From Cyanophora paradoxa CCMP329 (lineage: Eukaryota > Plantae > Glaucophyta): 64,000 nt of DNA. Shown here in pieces: positions 21,928-37,368 of this stretch (its first letter is position 1; each line of letters opens with the position of its first letter). The DNA is taken from assembly GCA_004431415.1 (NCBI GenBank), contig QPMI01000453.1:558001-622000 (forward strand). The letters are read 5' to 3'. The notes under the pieces were generated by a model that was given only the letters and a program-made list of their open reading frames with translations, was not told the DNA's origin and ran no database searches. A program made the position numbers and the translations under genes.

Positions 21928-24607
21928 CTAGGTCCGCACCACCGCAGGCTCCGGGGCGAACGAAACGCTCTTCTTGCGGGGGCGGGCGGGCGGAGTTCCG
22001 GATACCGGTACCCCCGCGGGCCCGTCCTCGGCGGCGGCGGCCAGGGCGGCCGCCACCTTCTCGGGGGGTACGAGGCCCGTGTCGAAGTCTCGGCCCTCGA
22101 CCCGAGGCAGGAGCGCCTTGTCGACCGCCTTCACAGCCGCCGGCGTTCCCGGCCCCTCCTCCAGCTACGGGTACTGTAAAGGGACGGGGGGGGAACAAGC
22201 AGAGAGGGGTACGCACGCGTTCGATCTCGAGGGGCGACTCGGCGATCGCGAGGGCTTCCGGGCCCGGCATGGGTAGCCCGGGGGCGGCTCGCGAGGAGAA
22301 GGAGGAGGCGGGGCCGGCGGCCGGGGCGGGCCCCGAGGCGGCGGCGGCGTGCGGCGCGGGCGCCGCCCCCTCGCCTTCGGGTCCTTCCGCCTCCCGCAAG
22401 TGCTCTGCGATCGCGAGCCGCGGGTGAGCCGGGCGCGGCGCGGGCGGCGGGCGTGGGCGGCGGGCGGGCGGGCGGGCGCGCCGATGAGCGCCGCGATGAA
22501 CTTCATGCCACCGCCCTCCCCCGGCGGCCCCGGCTCCTCGGGGTACGCGCGTTCCGGTCCCTCGTCGTACCCCTCCTCCTCCGGGAAGTGCGGGTCGCTT
22601 CGTTCGCCGATGCCGACGGGCCGCTGCCGCGGCGCGTGGGCGGGGCGGAGAGGGGGGAAGAGAGAGGTGGGGTACGGCGGACGCACGCCGAGGGTCGCGG
22701 CAAGGCGCGCCGGGTTGATTCTCGCCTCCGCCAGCCGAAGGAACGCTTCCAGCGGCTGCGCCGCGTCGGCTGCGAGGCGGGGGCAGACAAGGATCGATCA
22801 AGGCGGATACGCACTAAGTGGTCGTGGTGCGGGGAGGACCGCGAGTCGCCTTTCGCCCCCCCGTCCCCCTCTGTCGCTGCGTGATCCTCCTCCTCCTCTG
22901 CCTTGTGCAAAGCCTCCAGAGCCTCCAGCGCCCTCCTGGTCCGCTCGTACGTCTCCGCCGCCTCCTTTTCGGCCTCCTCGTGGCCCTTGGTCCCCCCGGG
23001 CGCCCCCGCCGGCAGCCGCTCCGGCGCCGGCAGCGCGTCGGCGTGCGCGTCGTGCGCCGGCTTCAGCTGCGCCGAGGGCGCGTGCTCCGGCCCGCGCTTC
23101 TCCAGGAGAAGGTTCGCCGCCTTGTCCAGCAGGTGGACGTAGCGGTACGGGTCCATCCCGCTACCCGTCTGCGCGCGGCCGATCCGTAAGAAGAAATAGG
23201 GGAGGGGTACAGGTACGGCGCGAGGAAGGGGGGTACCGGATCGCTGAGGATGCGCTGGACGGCCTGCATGACCGCCGGGTGCGAGAGGGCGTGGGGCTTG
23301 GACCGCTGGGGCGGAGGCGGCGGCGGCGGCGCTGCTGCCGCTGCTGCCGCTGCCTTCGCCTGGGATGAAGAGGCTGTGGAGCTGGATGACTCTGCCCTGT
23401 CGCTCGCGTCGCCGGCGCCCCTCGCGCCGGCATGGGTTCCGTTCGTCTGCGCCGCCGCCGCCGCGGCTGCGGCGGCCGCGGGGCGCGCCTCGGCCGACTG
23501 CCCCGACGGCAAGGAAGAGGACGAGGACGAGGAGGAGGAGGCGGCGCCCGCGGCGGCGGCCGCGGCCGCGGCGGCGTGGGCGTGGGCGCGCACGGCCGCC
23601 AGCTCCGCCATTCGCGAGTCCATGAAGTACTCCACGACTTCGTCCGCAGTCGGCTGCCGCCTCCGCCGCGCCTTCCGCTTCTGCCTCTCCGCCTCTGCTT
23701 CCGCCTCCGCCTCCGCCTCGGCCTGGCCCTCGGGCTGCTCGCCCCGCTCGGCCCGCTCGGCCCGCTCGGCGGCGGCGGCGGCGGCCTCCTGCTGGAGCCG
23801 CTCCTGCTCCTCGGCCCACTCCTCGTAGTCGCTGTCCTGCATCGCGAGGTACTGCAGCCCGTCGTACATTTCCTCTGCGCGCCCCGCAGTCAGCTAGCTC
23901 CTCCTCCGCGCTCAGAGCGAAGCCAAGCAAGCAAGCGAGCAAGCAGGGAAGCAAGCACCGAGGTCCTCGGCGACCCACTGCAGGTCGCCGTGCTGCGCCG
24001 TGCGCTGCTTGTAGCTCATCGGCCTCTGCTGTTGCCGTTCCTGCTGCTCCGGCGATGGCGACGTCGACGGCTTGGCGGGCTGCGCCGCCTCGCCCGCGAG
24101 GAGGCGCGCCACGTCCTCGGGGAGCGGCGGCTGGCAAGCAAGCGCGCCGTGAGCGGATGCATGCAAGCGCTCTGCAAGCGGCGGGGGGCGCACCAGCTCG
24201 CACAGCTCGTCGGGGAGCGCCAGCTGGGAGGGGTCAAGGAGCGGCGGCGGCACGTCTGGCAGGTCCTCGAGCTTCGCCTCGGCGATGTGCGCGTCCATGA
24301 AGCGCGTGAGATCGTACGGCGCCGTCGGGTTCGCCTGTATGTGATTCGCAAGCAGCTCCACCAGCGCACCCTCCAGCTCCGCCGGACTCAGGTTCGGAGG
24401 CTGCGGGGCGGTCGGCCGCCGCTTAGCTACGGCTAAAACGGCACTCACCGCATCGGGCGTGGCCTCGGCGGGGTCCTTCGAGGGCGTATCCGACCGCGAG
24501 CTTGAGGGCGTCAACTTTGCGAGCCTCGGCGGCGCGAACTCGTCATCTTCTCCCTTGGCCGCCTTCGCCGCCTTGCCGGAGCGCGGCGCTGTCTTCCTGG
24601 CCGGCAT
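21928..24607 (-). CDS. Hypothetical acidic/coiled-coil protein ending in an RVxF-like motif (KKSVSF)
   Basis: MPARKTAPRSGK...; EMYDGLQYLAMQDSDYEEW...; TGSGMDPYRYVHLLDKAANLL...; last exon ...RPRKKSVSFAPEPAVVRT*. Confidence 0.6.
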
Positions 24608-24675
24608 CGAATGGAAGTGGCCCCCCCCAGAGCCGATCGCACGTCGCATAATCAGCCGAAGCGAGCGCTGCGACG

Positions 24676-27484
24676 ATGCAGGAGACACGCTCGCTCGGCT
24701 TTCTGGTCGCGCTGAGCGGATTTTGGTTCGGTCTGTTTCTTGTCACGTGCGAGCCCGACCGCTTCTCCTTGTGCCGCGGCGCTCGAGCTCTCCTCACCCA
24801 CACGCGCAGCACCGCCAATACGGCTGTTGTGTGGCCGTCTCAGATCCGTGCCATCATTGGGGAGGAGCGCAAGGAGGTGCGCGCCAGTGCCGCGCTGACA
24901 CGGCAAAGCGCTGAGCGCCCTCGCGCTTGCAGCTCTTCAATGGCCTCATCCCCGCGCTCGGTCCGTGTGCTGCATTCAGATCGCTCACAGCTGAGCGCTG
25001 CTGGCGCTCTCGCGATTCGCGGCGGCTTTGTGTTGCGAGGGCCGCGCATTCGCAGCATCGCGTTAGAGCTCGCACACTTCGGCTTAGCGCTCCCGGCCGC
25101 AGGCGGGTTAGCGACGATCGTCTTCACGCCGCTCGCTGGTGCTCCGGCTCGCCGCCGTTCGCCGTGACGAGCGCTAGCGTGCACTGACGCAGCGAACTCT
25201 CGCAGGCTCTTTCTCCGATGCGAGGAAGTTCGTCCCTCGCTTCGGCAAGCGGCGGGTGCGCACTCCCGAGCGCGACGCCGTCGGATTCCGCGCTCACGCC
25301 CCGCGCAGCCGTACATCGTACTGGGCGTCCTGTTGGCGGTCTGCTCGCCCCGCGGCCCGAGCTGCAGCTGACCACCCGCGCGCGCGCCACTCAACGCGTT
25401 GTGCGTGCGCAGGCGGCGTCTCTGCTGTGGTGCTCCGCGTTCGGCTCGGGCTCGAGCGCGTGGGCCTTCCTCCTCCCCGTCCTCTCCCTAAACGCCGGCC
25501 TCGCCATCGCCAACGGTGCCGCCGCCTCGGATCGAATTCTCCTCCGCGCGCCCGCCGTCCGATCTGTTCGTTCGGCCCGTCTGCAGGCCCGTACGGCGGA
25601 CTGCTCCCCGACCTCGTCTCCAAGGCCCGCCGCGCACACGAGGCTCCGCCCGGCGCCGCGCGCCGCTGACTCGCTTCGTTTGCAGGAGCAGCGCGGCTTC
25701 GCCAGCGGCCTGATGGTATCGTACCCCCTCCGCTCAACTGAGCCGCCCGCGCTCACCTGAACCGACTCCGATGCCGCAGGGCATGGGCATGGCGCTCGGG
25801 AACGGTTGCGCCCCCCGCCCTCCTCTCCCCGCCCTCCGCGCGCGCCGACGCGCTTCCCGCGCGGCGGCAGTCGTCGGGGCAGCAGCGGCGGGCGCCCTCG
25901 CGGCACCGGACTCGTACTTCTCCCCCTACCTCTTCTCCGCCATCGCCCTCGCCGTCGCCTCCGTACCCCCCTTCCCTTCCCCCCCCCCCCTTGAATCAGT
26001 GACTCACCGACTTACTTACTTACTTGCTCGGTACCCTCCTACCCCCTCCCCAGCTCCCCACGGTGCTCTTCGTGCGGGAGGAGGGCCCCCCGTTGGGCGT
26101 CGAGGCGGCGGCCGGCGCCTGGTCCTTCCGCGAGTTTTTTTCCTCGCTCGCCCCCCGGGGGGAGGAGTACCGGGACTTCCGCTGGGTCCTGGGCGCCCGT
26201 ACCCTCTTCGAGCTCGGCGTCTGGGCCACCCTCCCCTTCTTCCAGGTACCCCTCCCCCCCCCCGCCCTATTCTTCGTTCCTTCATCCCTCTTATTCCGTA
26301 CCCCCCAGTACTTCTTCTCGGACGTTTTCGGCGAGAAGGGCGGCGGGGCGGAGCGGAGCGCGGCGCTCGCCGTCCTCGCGATCGTGCTGTGCGCCATCCC
26401 CACCACCCTCGCCGGCGGCTGGCTCTCGGACCGCATCCGCCGGCGCAAGCCCATCGTCTACGGGAGCTGCGCCCTCATCGTAGCCTCCCTAGCCCTTCTC
26501 TCCGCCTGTACCCTCCTCCTCGCCTCGCCCTCCTACGGCGTCGTGTACCTCTCGGCCGCCCTTTTCGGGGCAGGCTTCGGGTCTTTCGGGGCAGTGGATT
26601 GGGCCCTCGCCGTCGACGTCCTTCCCCGCCCCGACGAGGCCGCCAAGGACCTTGGTCCGCCCTGTACCCCCCCGGCGCTCTCTAAACACGAGTACCCCCA
26701 CGCTGCGCCGCTTAGCCCGTTTCTAAAGCTTGCCAAACCCGTTCGTAATCTTTCTAGTCTGTCTAAGCGCCTCTAAGCGTCCTCTGAGCGTCCTCTAAGC
26801 GTCCTTTCCCCCAACGCCGCCGACGAGGACCTCGGTCCGCCCCTGTACCCCCGGCGCTCTCCCGGCCCTCTCTTCGACCTTCGGCCCTTTCCTGTAAACT
26901 TGAAACCCGCGCCCACTCTTTCCTCGTCGCTCGGTTTCCGTGCAGGCGTCTGGAACATCAGCTTCACCGTACCCCAGGTCGCGGCCCCGCCCCCCTCCGG
27001 CCCCGCCCTCGCCCCGTCTAAGCTCTTTCTACTCCGTCTCTCTAAGCTCTCTAGGACCCCTTCTAAGCTTTCTGGCGTGGCGCCGCTTCCCTCCGACGAG
27101 AGGCTCCGGCCTCGTCCTAGGCCCCCTTTCTTCTAAGCCTTAGGCCTAGGCCCCCTTCCTTCTAAGCCTTCTGGCCCCTTTCTGAGCCTCTAGATCTCCG
27201 CGCAGGTCGTGGCGCCTCTCATGTCCGGCCTCGTCCTCGCCTCGCTCAAGGGCCTGGGGGCCTCCCCCCCCGCCGCCTACGGCCTCCTCTTTGTCTTCGT
27301 GCTCCTCCTCTTCGCCGGCTCGGCGCTGGCACTGCGGCCCGTGCGCGAGGCCTCGCTGGACTACGAGCCGATCGGGGAGCGCGAGCCGCGGGGCCCCTCG
27401 CTGGAGACGGCGTGGACGCGCCCCTGGCGCCGCGCGTCGCAGGCCTACGTCGGCGGTGCGCGGCAGCGGCAGCGGCGGGTTTAG
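24676..27484 (+). CDS. MFS transporter (SLC45/sucrose-maltose-like)
   Basis: Many hydrophobic helices; YRDFRWVLGARTLFELG, GGWLSDRIRRRKP, GSFGAVDWALAVDVLP...AAKDL | GVWNISFTVPQ | VVAPLMSGLVL. Confidence 0.85.
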
Positions 27485-28204
27485 AATTGCTTAGAGCCGG
27501 TGGATTTAGATCACCGATCGGATTTATAATTAGATGAGATCAGATCTAGATCCAGAGCCAGCGGCTCACGAGAGAGCGCGCGCGCGCGCGCAGAGCCGTA
27601 CGCGTACGAGCCCCGGCGCGGGAGCGTGGCGGGCGCGCCGGCGCCCGACGAGTGGGGCAGGCCCCGCCTCCCCACCGAGCCCGAGCTGTAGTCCCTGCCG
27701 CCCCCTTTCGCTGGCTCGGGGCTTCCGAGGGGCGGCGCGCCACTGCCGGCGCCATGGCGACGACCACGGTCCCCTCGCAATCTTGATCTCGAGCTCGCCA
27801 CTGTAAATACGATTTGATCATGAAGATGTATCGATATCTATCTTCTGCTTCGCATCGCGCGCCACTTCGTCTTTATTTGACCCACCAGTCCTCGACGCGC
27901 CCGCGCGCCATCTCAAGCTCAGCGCCCTACTATCCCCTGCGTCGCGTGCATGCATTGCCCCCATTACATTGCTACCCGGCCCCCCCGCCCAACTTGGCAA
28001 CCCCAAGCTTCGGGAATGGAAGTGAGGCAGACCTCGGATAATAATTACTGCGCGGAGAGACTCCCGCGCCTACGACAGGGAGCCTTGAAAGAACAAAAGG
28101 AGCGCGCGCGGCTGGCTAGCCTCCACGCGCTTCCACACCGCAGATGCTGGCCCCCTTTGGGGGGGGCCCGTACAGCGCGCGAAGCTGATGACGGCGTGCC
28201 GCCA

Positions 28205-31048
<2,844 letters not shown>

Positions 31049-31140
31049 TGTGAACTGTGTCTCGATAGCGTGAACTGATACCGCGGCCGAGAAGCAGGTG
31101 TGACTGACGCGAGTGAAGCGGGACCGAACTTGGCACCGAC

Positions 31141-31235
31141 GAACTGAGAGAACCTTCGGAGGGGGGGAAGGGGAAGGCGGGTACAGTCGCTTGGATGCTT
31201 CGCGAAGGCTCGAGTTGCTTCCAGAGCCTTCTAAG
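31141..31235. promoter_or_regulatory. Heat shock element-like nGAAn/nTTCn arrays upstream of HSP70
   Basis: GAAccTTC (~31150), TTCgcGAAggCTC (~31199) and TTCcaGAGccTTC (~31219), 100-190 bp upstream of the ATG. Confidence 0.6.
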
Positions 31236-31637
31236 CGGCGATCTCGTCTCCCCGGGACCGTCCCGGTGCTCCCGTTGCGATCCTGTTGCCGGCGCTGCCC
31301 CCGCTGCCGAGCGATGCATGATCAATTTGAGGGGGGCGAAGCTTGCCCTCCTGTCGCGGTACCCCCAGGCGTTGCAATTCTCAGCAATTGCAGCAATTCG
31401 CTTCAGGGCGTCGACGTCGGCGTGGCTGCAGCGCGGTCCGGCGTGCAGCGGGATCGTCTAGCGTGCCTCGAGCGCACACAGCCCGGCGTCGGCGACATCT
31501 CAGGCGTTGGCACGAATTAAGTTGAGCGCCGGCAGCAAGCTCGCACGCAGCCGCGAGCAGCGGCAGCACGCGAACACAAAAGCAGCTAAACGTGCGACCA
31601 GGCGTGCGTTTGCTCGCCAGAGCGCAGCAGGGGCAGA

Positions 31638-33072
31638 ATGCAGCGGAGCGCCGCCCGGTCAGCGCGCGGCGCGGCAGGCGCGATCGGTCGCCTGCGGGCC
31701 ACGCTTCTCGCGCGGCGCGCGTACGCGTCGTCCTCGGCGCCCGTCGAGGTGCTGCGCGTCCCGGCCGCGTCCCTCGGGCTCGAGGAGTTCCGGCAGCGCT
31801 TCGTCCAGCCAAAGCTTCCCTGCATCCTCACCGGCGGCATCGATGGATGGCCCGCACTAGAGCGATGGGTGCGGCGGGGTGTGCGGCGCGCGTTGGAGCC
31901 CGCGCTGACCTGCTGAGCAGAGGGACCCGAGCTACTTCGTGCGGCTCTTCGGCGATGAGACCGTGCCAGTGGAGGTGGGCGGGACGTACCTAGGTGAGCG
32001 CCGCCTGCATTGCTTGGCAGTGCTGGATCCACGCGATTCCCTCTCACCGCGGCACCGCGCGCGCGCGCGCGCACCCGGTGGCCAGACCCGCAGATGCGGA
32101 AGGAAAGCATGACCATGGCGGCGTTCGTTGAAAGGCACCTGCGGGGGGGCGCGAAGGAGACGGGGTACCTCGCGCAGCACCAGCTCTTCGGCCAGGTCCC
32201 TGCCCTCCGGGAGGACATCGAAGTGCGTCCCACTTCGCGTCGTCGACCGGCCGACTGGACGACACGCCCAGTCTGACCCCGGGAGGCCCCTGGGGACATG
32301 CGCAGGTGCCGGGGTTCGTTGCGGCTGGGAGGGGTGACATGCACCAGGTCTCGGCGTGGATAGGGCCCATCAACACTGTATCCCCGCTCCACAGGTCCGA
32401 CCCGCCCGCCGAGTCCGCGCGCGCCCGGGCGGCATGTCGAATCCAATCAAAGCTGATCCCATTGCACCGAAGGGACCCCTACGAGAACCTCTTGTGCCAA
32501 GTTCGCGCCCTCTCCTGTACCCGGCTCCCTCAGCCCTCCGCCGTCTCACCTTTACCCCCTTTCAGGTGGTAGGGTGCAAGCGCGTCGTCCTGTACCCCCC
32601 GTCCCAGGAGCCCCTCCTGTACCCCTTCCGCCAGCTCAACCTGAGGAACAGCTCGCAGGCGAGCGGCCCACCCCTCCCCCGGCCCGTGCATGCGCATGCG
32701 CGCGTACCCCCCACTGACGAGGCGCGGGGGTACATGTACACAGGTGGACGTGGAGAAGCCCGACCTGGACCGCTTCCCCCTCTTCGCCGAGGCCAAGGGG
32801 GTAACCTGCGAAGTCCAGTGCGTTCCATTTAAACTTGGCCCGCGGCCGGGCCGCGCCTCTTTCTCGTACTCGAGCTCCGTCCGACGTCACGTACGTACAC
32901 TACGCAGCGCGGGCGAAATGCTGTACCTCCCCCTCCGCTACTGGCACTATATCCGCTCGGTGCCCGTCGAGGGCGCCGGGTACTCCGCCACCGTGCGGCC
33001 GTCCCTCTTCCCTCTTTTTCCCTCACCCTCGGCTCACGAGCTTCAGCGCAGGTCACTTTTTGGTGGATGTAG
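31638..33072 (+). CDS. JmjC (Cupin_8) protein, JMJD5/KDM8-like, with a mitochondrial-type presequence
   Basis: PCILTGGIDGWPALERW, TVPVEVGGTY, GYLAQHQLFGQVPALREDI, WIGPINTVSPLHRDP (HxD), VVGCKRVVLY, GEMLYLPLRYWHYIRS, VTFWWM*. Confidence 0.92.
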
Positions 33073-33177
33073 AAGAAATGCAATGCAATGCAACGAGCTG
33101 TGAGGAAGGGGCGGGGAGGAGGGGGCGGCGCGGGCGCAGGGAAGGCGAGGGGGTGGGGAAGGAGCGGGCGAGGGGGG

Positions 33178-35358
33178 TCAGGCGCGGGCCTCGAGCACAA
33201 CCGAGTCGAGGTAGAAACCGCGGTCGCCAAGGCCGCCCCAGATCTGCTCAGATCGGATCAGATGGGCCGCGCTTCCTCGGCGCCGGCACCGGCGCCGCGC
33301 GGGCCGCACCCAGAGCCGGGGCGGGGTGGCGCCGCCCTTGAGGTTCGTGACGAAGGAGTACTGGCCGCGGCGCGCGCAGGGCGGGGAGCCCTTGTCCGTG
33401 AGCATGCGCCACGTGCAGGCCTGGTCCGGGCCGGGCGCTGCGCAGGGGCCGTGAGGGACGAAGCGGGGCGGGGAAGGGGCAAGCGAGCGGAACGCACCGA
33501 TGTCGAGGATGTGGAGGTCGTTAAAGAAGCCGCGGTGGGCGTTGCCGCCGAAGCTCCAGATCTGCCAGCCGGCCGCCTCATCAGCGCCGTGATGCGAAGC
33601 GAAGCTATGCGGGGCGGGGCGAGCCTGGTTGCCGATAGCCACGAAGCTGGGGCAGGCGCGCGGCGAGGGGACGTCCCCGTTGCACAGCACGCGCGACCAG
33701 TTGTGCGAGTCTACGGGGCCCGCCCGTCGGCCCGTGGAGGGCGCCGCGCGCGCGGGCGGAGAGGCGCGCACCGGTCTCGTAGACGTATACGTCGTTCAAG
33801 AAGCCCGTGACGTCAGCGCCGCCGAAGATCCAGATGTTGCGGCCCACGACGGTCGCGCCGCACAGGCCCCGCGGCGTCGGCACGTCTGCGGGCGCCCATT
33901 CGATCGGCGGCCGCGCCGCGGCGCAGAGCGGCGTGCGGACCGCCGAGCGACGGGACGGGCCGCCACTGCCACGTGTCCGTATCGAGGGCGAGCATAGAGA
34001 AACCCGAGTCGACGCGGTTGGCGTCGAGGGAAGTGCCGCCGATGCAGTAGACCGTCTCGTTCACGGCGACCATCGAGTGGAACATGCGCTGCCCCGAGAT
34101 CGAGGCGCCCATGCACGGAACCAGCGACAGCGCGTTCGTGTCTGCGGGGCGCGGATGAGCACACGAGAGCAGGTCGCGGCGGCGGTCGGCCGGCCCGCAC
34201 CAGTGTTGAACACGAGGCACGAGTTCATGTGCTGGAGTGCTACGGAGAAGTGCGCGAAGCCGCCGTACACGCTGCGCGAGGAGCGCGCGTTAGAGAGCGC
34301 ATCGCGGACTCGGGAGGGAGTGAGGGCGGACATCAGCTTGGACCCGCACGCGACGATGGCTGCTCGAGACCGGCCCTGGAAGAACTGCGACAGCAGCGCG
34401 GGGTCCGAAGGCTGGACCTGCATGATCTGCCGTGTCCGGCCAAGGCAGGGCTCAACCGAGTTGCTCCGCAGCCTCCGCGCCGGCGGGTCCTCCTCTGTGC
34501 CGCGATCAAATTCCAGACGAGCGGCCTGTCCGGAAAAACAGCCGCACCGATCTTGATGTAGAAGATGCTCTTTGTCGTCACAATCCATATCTTTCCGTTC
34601 AGCTCCGCGGCTAGGTACTCGGTCTGCAGTGCATCAGCCGAAAGCGCTTGCTGCTCCCCAGCGCGGGGGTGCGCACTTGGTCTAGCGGGATCGCCGGGCT
34701 CACTGGCACCGATGTCCAACAGTTCCACTCTGCAGGGCGCGAATGGCGGATCCCGAGTGAGCCCCCTCGGCACAGACCCGCACCCAGCTCAGCGACGCAG
34801 CGCACCGCTTTCCGCCATGCCAGCTTCCCGTCTTGGTGTTGGCACAGTGTTGCAGATGAACTGCGAGACATGCGCGAGCGCAGCAGGTCAGTGAGAGCTT
34901 CACAACCGGGGCCGCCTTCATTTTCGAAACCGTCAGCGCGGCTGCCGAGCGGGCGACGCGCACCAGCTACTGGCAGCTGCAAAGGCTTTGTCCGCACGCT
35001 TTGGGAACTGCGGGCGGCGCGGCGAGGTCGATTGGCCGCGGATGCTGGTAAACCTCTGCCGGGCTCCGGCGGGGGGCACCGTGGGGATGCTGCTACGTCT
35101 TCAGCAGCCTGCAGTGCCTACAGCTGTCCTCTGGCGACCGCGGAACCGCAGCACGACAAGTTCCTCGTTCAAACCCTCTTTTTTTTCGCGAGCTCCCTGG
35201 CTGTACCCCGCGTTGCTGGACTTCCTACTGAGCGCTCCCAGCGCGGTTTTCGAGCGATCAGCGCACGTTCCGAGCGGGCAGCACACATAAGGGAGCAGGT
35301 TTTTAGTCCGGCCGCCTCCGTCCACGAGCCGCCTCTGGCCTCGCGCACCGCGCGGCAT
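33178..35358 (-). CDS. Kelch-repeat protein (5' end uncertain)
   Basis: Repeats RAAIVACGSKL..VYGG, RMFHSMVAVNETVYCIGG, PTPRGLCGATVVGRNIWIFGG, PSPRACPSFVAIGNQ | IWSFGG...NDLHILD, RLW | IWGG. Confidence 0.8.
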
Positions 35359-35407
35359 CCGACGCGCTCGCGGAATCGCTGGCTCGCCTCAGGGCGCTGC
35401 TGCAGCC

Positions 35408-36316
35408 ATGGGTTTCTTCGGCAGCGCCCGCCCTGTGCCGCCCGAGGTCGTGGCCCGCATTACGAACTGCTCATGGCGCGCGGACGGGCCCGTGCGACTC
35501 GAGGAGCTGCGGCACGTCGTGGTGGATACCTGGTCATACCAGGGTGCGTCTTCGGCTCTGCGATCTGCGTGCCTGCCTTGCGCTGCCCACGCGTATGCAA
35601 TCTTACGCCGAGGTTTCCTGCAGGCACGTCGCAGCTCGGCGAGGTCATCGTGCACGAGGCGGTGGCCGATGAGCTGGTCGCTATCTTCGCCGATCTGTAC
35701 AAGGCGCGCTTCCCAATTGAGAAAATGCGGCTCATTGACGAGTACAACGCCGACGACATCCTCTCTATGACCGGTGCGTGCGCTGCGCTCGCGGCAGCAC
35801 GCGTTGCTGCATCGATATCCATTGTCCGCGTTGCCGGCCCTCCTTGACCGCGGCGCGGTCCCCTGCAGACAACAACTCATCGGCGCTCTGCGTGCGGCCT
35901 GTGACGGGCACAACGAACCGCTGGTCGAAGCACGCGTATGGCCGGGCAATCGACATCAACCCCCTCGTCAATCCCTATGTCAAGGGGTGCGCGGTGGCTT
36001 TGCGCGCTTTGCCCCGGCGCCCCGCGCCCTTGCTTACACGCACGACGCCGCGCCGGCGGACAGGACGACAGTGCTGCCGGAGGCGGGAAAGCCCTACGCC
36101 GACCGCAGCAACGACGCGCCAGGTCCCAGCCTGCCCGCCTCGCGTCTTGCTACGGCGCCCCTGACGGCGGCCGGCCGCGGCCAAGCAGGGATGATCAGGA
36201 AGGGAGACGCCTGCTACACGGCCTTCGTGAGCCGCGGGTGGGAGTGGGGCGGCGACTGGACGTCGCTCAAGGACTACCAGCACTTCGAAAAGCCAGTTCC
36301 CGGGGGATCCAGCTAA
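35408..36316 (+). CDS. M15-family Zn metallopeptidase (Peptidase_M15_4, peptidoglycan peptidase), 5 exons
   Basis: Exons 35408-35543, 35624-35773, 35869-35986, 36064-36122 and 36189-36316. Motifs RFPIEKMRLIDEY, NNSSA..R, SKHAYGRAIDINP (SxHxxGxAxD) and GWEWGGDWTSLKDYQHFE. Confidence 0.93.
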
Positions 36317-36456
36317 CGCCTTATTTAATGAAGCTTGCGCCCTGCCTTCGCCTTCGCCTCAGCATTTCCTTGGCTCATTTCACAGCACAATAGCGCAACT
36401 GCACACGCAGATGTATAGCTAAATATTCCTTTTGAAATGAAACCCGCACTGTTTAT

Positions 36457-37306
36457 TTAGTCTACTGATTTGAACCGCGCGCCTCCGCAACCGAATCCGT
36501 AGTCGGCGGGGGAGGCAGGGCGAAGCGCGGGCGAGGAAGGGCGGAAGGCGGACAGGGCCGGCGAGCCGGGGCGCTGGGTCGACGAGGCGAGGGATCTCCG
36601 GAGGGCGGCGTTCTCGCGGCGCAGGGCGTCCACGGTGGCCTCCAGCTCCCCCCGCTCCGCCTCCGCGCGCGCCGCTCTCGCTCTCTGCGTCTGCGAGCAC
36701 ATGCGTCGGAACAGAGCCCAATCAAATCAATCTAAAGCGAGCCTCGGAGTAGGCGACTCTGCACAGCTGCGTATGCATGCAGCGCCCGCCCGCGCGCGCA
36801 CCTCTAGCTCGATCTCCAGGGCGCGCGAAGTCGACGAGCCTGTGCCAATGCCCTGCGCAGGCATATGCATCAATGAAAGAAGTCAACGAGGGATCGAAAT
36901 CAGCCGCTTCGGGCGTCGCCGGCGGCAGCGAGTGCGCAGGAAACTAACGCGCACGCGCGACAGCGAGCAAGCGCGTTCGCAACTCTATCTTTGATGTGTG
37001 CGATAACGAAGCGCGGCTGCAGATGCGCACGCGCGCGCACGACGGCCGCGGCGAACCGGAAGAGTCAAGGAGGCCGCACTCGAGGGCGGGCTCGACGGAA
37101 CTGAGCTCGGGGTGCACGGAAGCGCTCCATCCGGGCCGACGACGCGAAGGCAGCGCGAAAGCAGCGGCACCGGGGCACTGCCGTCGGCACTGTTCGCCGA
37201 GGGATCGCCCGACTCCTGGATCGCGTATCTCAAGCTGCGGATTCGGGCGTGAGCTTTCGGGCGCAAGGGCGGGCGCTGCGTGGCGGCCGCACCGCGCAGG
37301 GTCCAT
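36457..37306 (-). CDS. Small coiled-coil hypothetical protein
   Basis: Exons IELRTRLLAVAR | ALAQARRLRALEIELE | ALFRRMCSQTQRARAARAEAERGELEATVDALRRENAALRRSL...; start tentative. Confidence 0.5.
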
Positions 37307-37368
37307 TCTGAAATTTGGCCTACCCCCGCGCCATCAAATTTTGAAGACCTCATGCCGCGCGAGCGTCG

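Noticed and set aside
22503-24203. 566-aa ORF and similar long antisense or alternate-frame ORFs across 15-48 kb
   Set aside because: Shadow frames of GC-rich spliced genes; only parts coincide with real exons.
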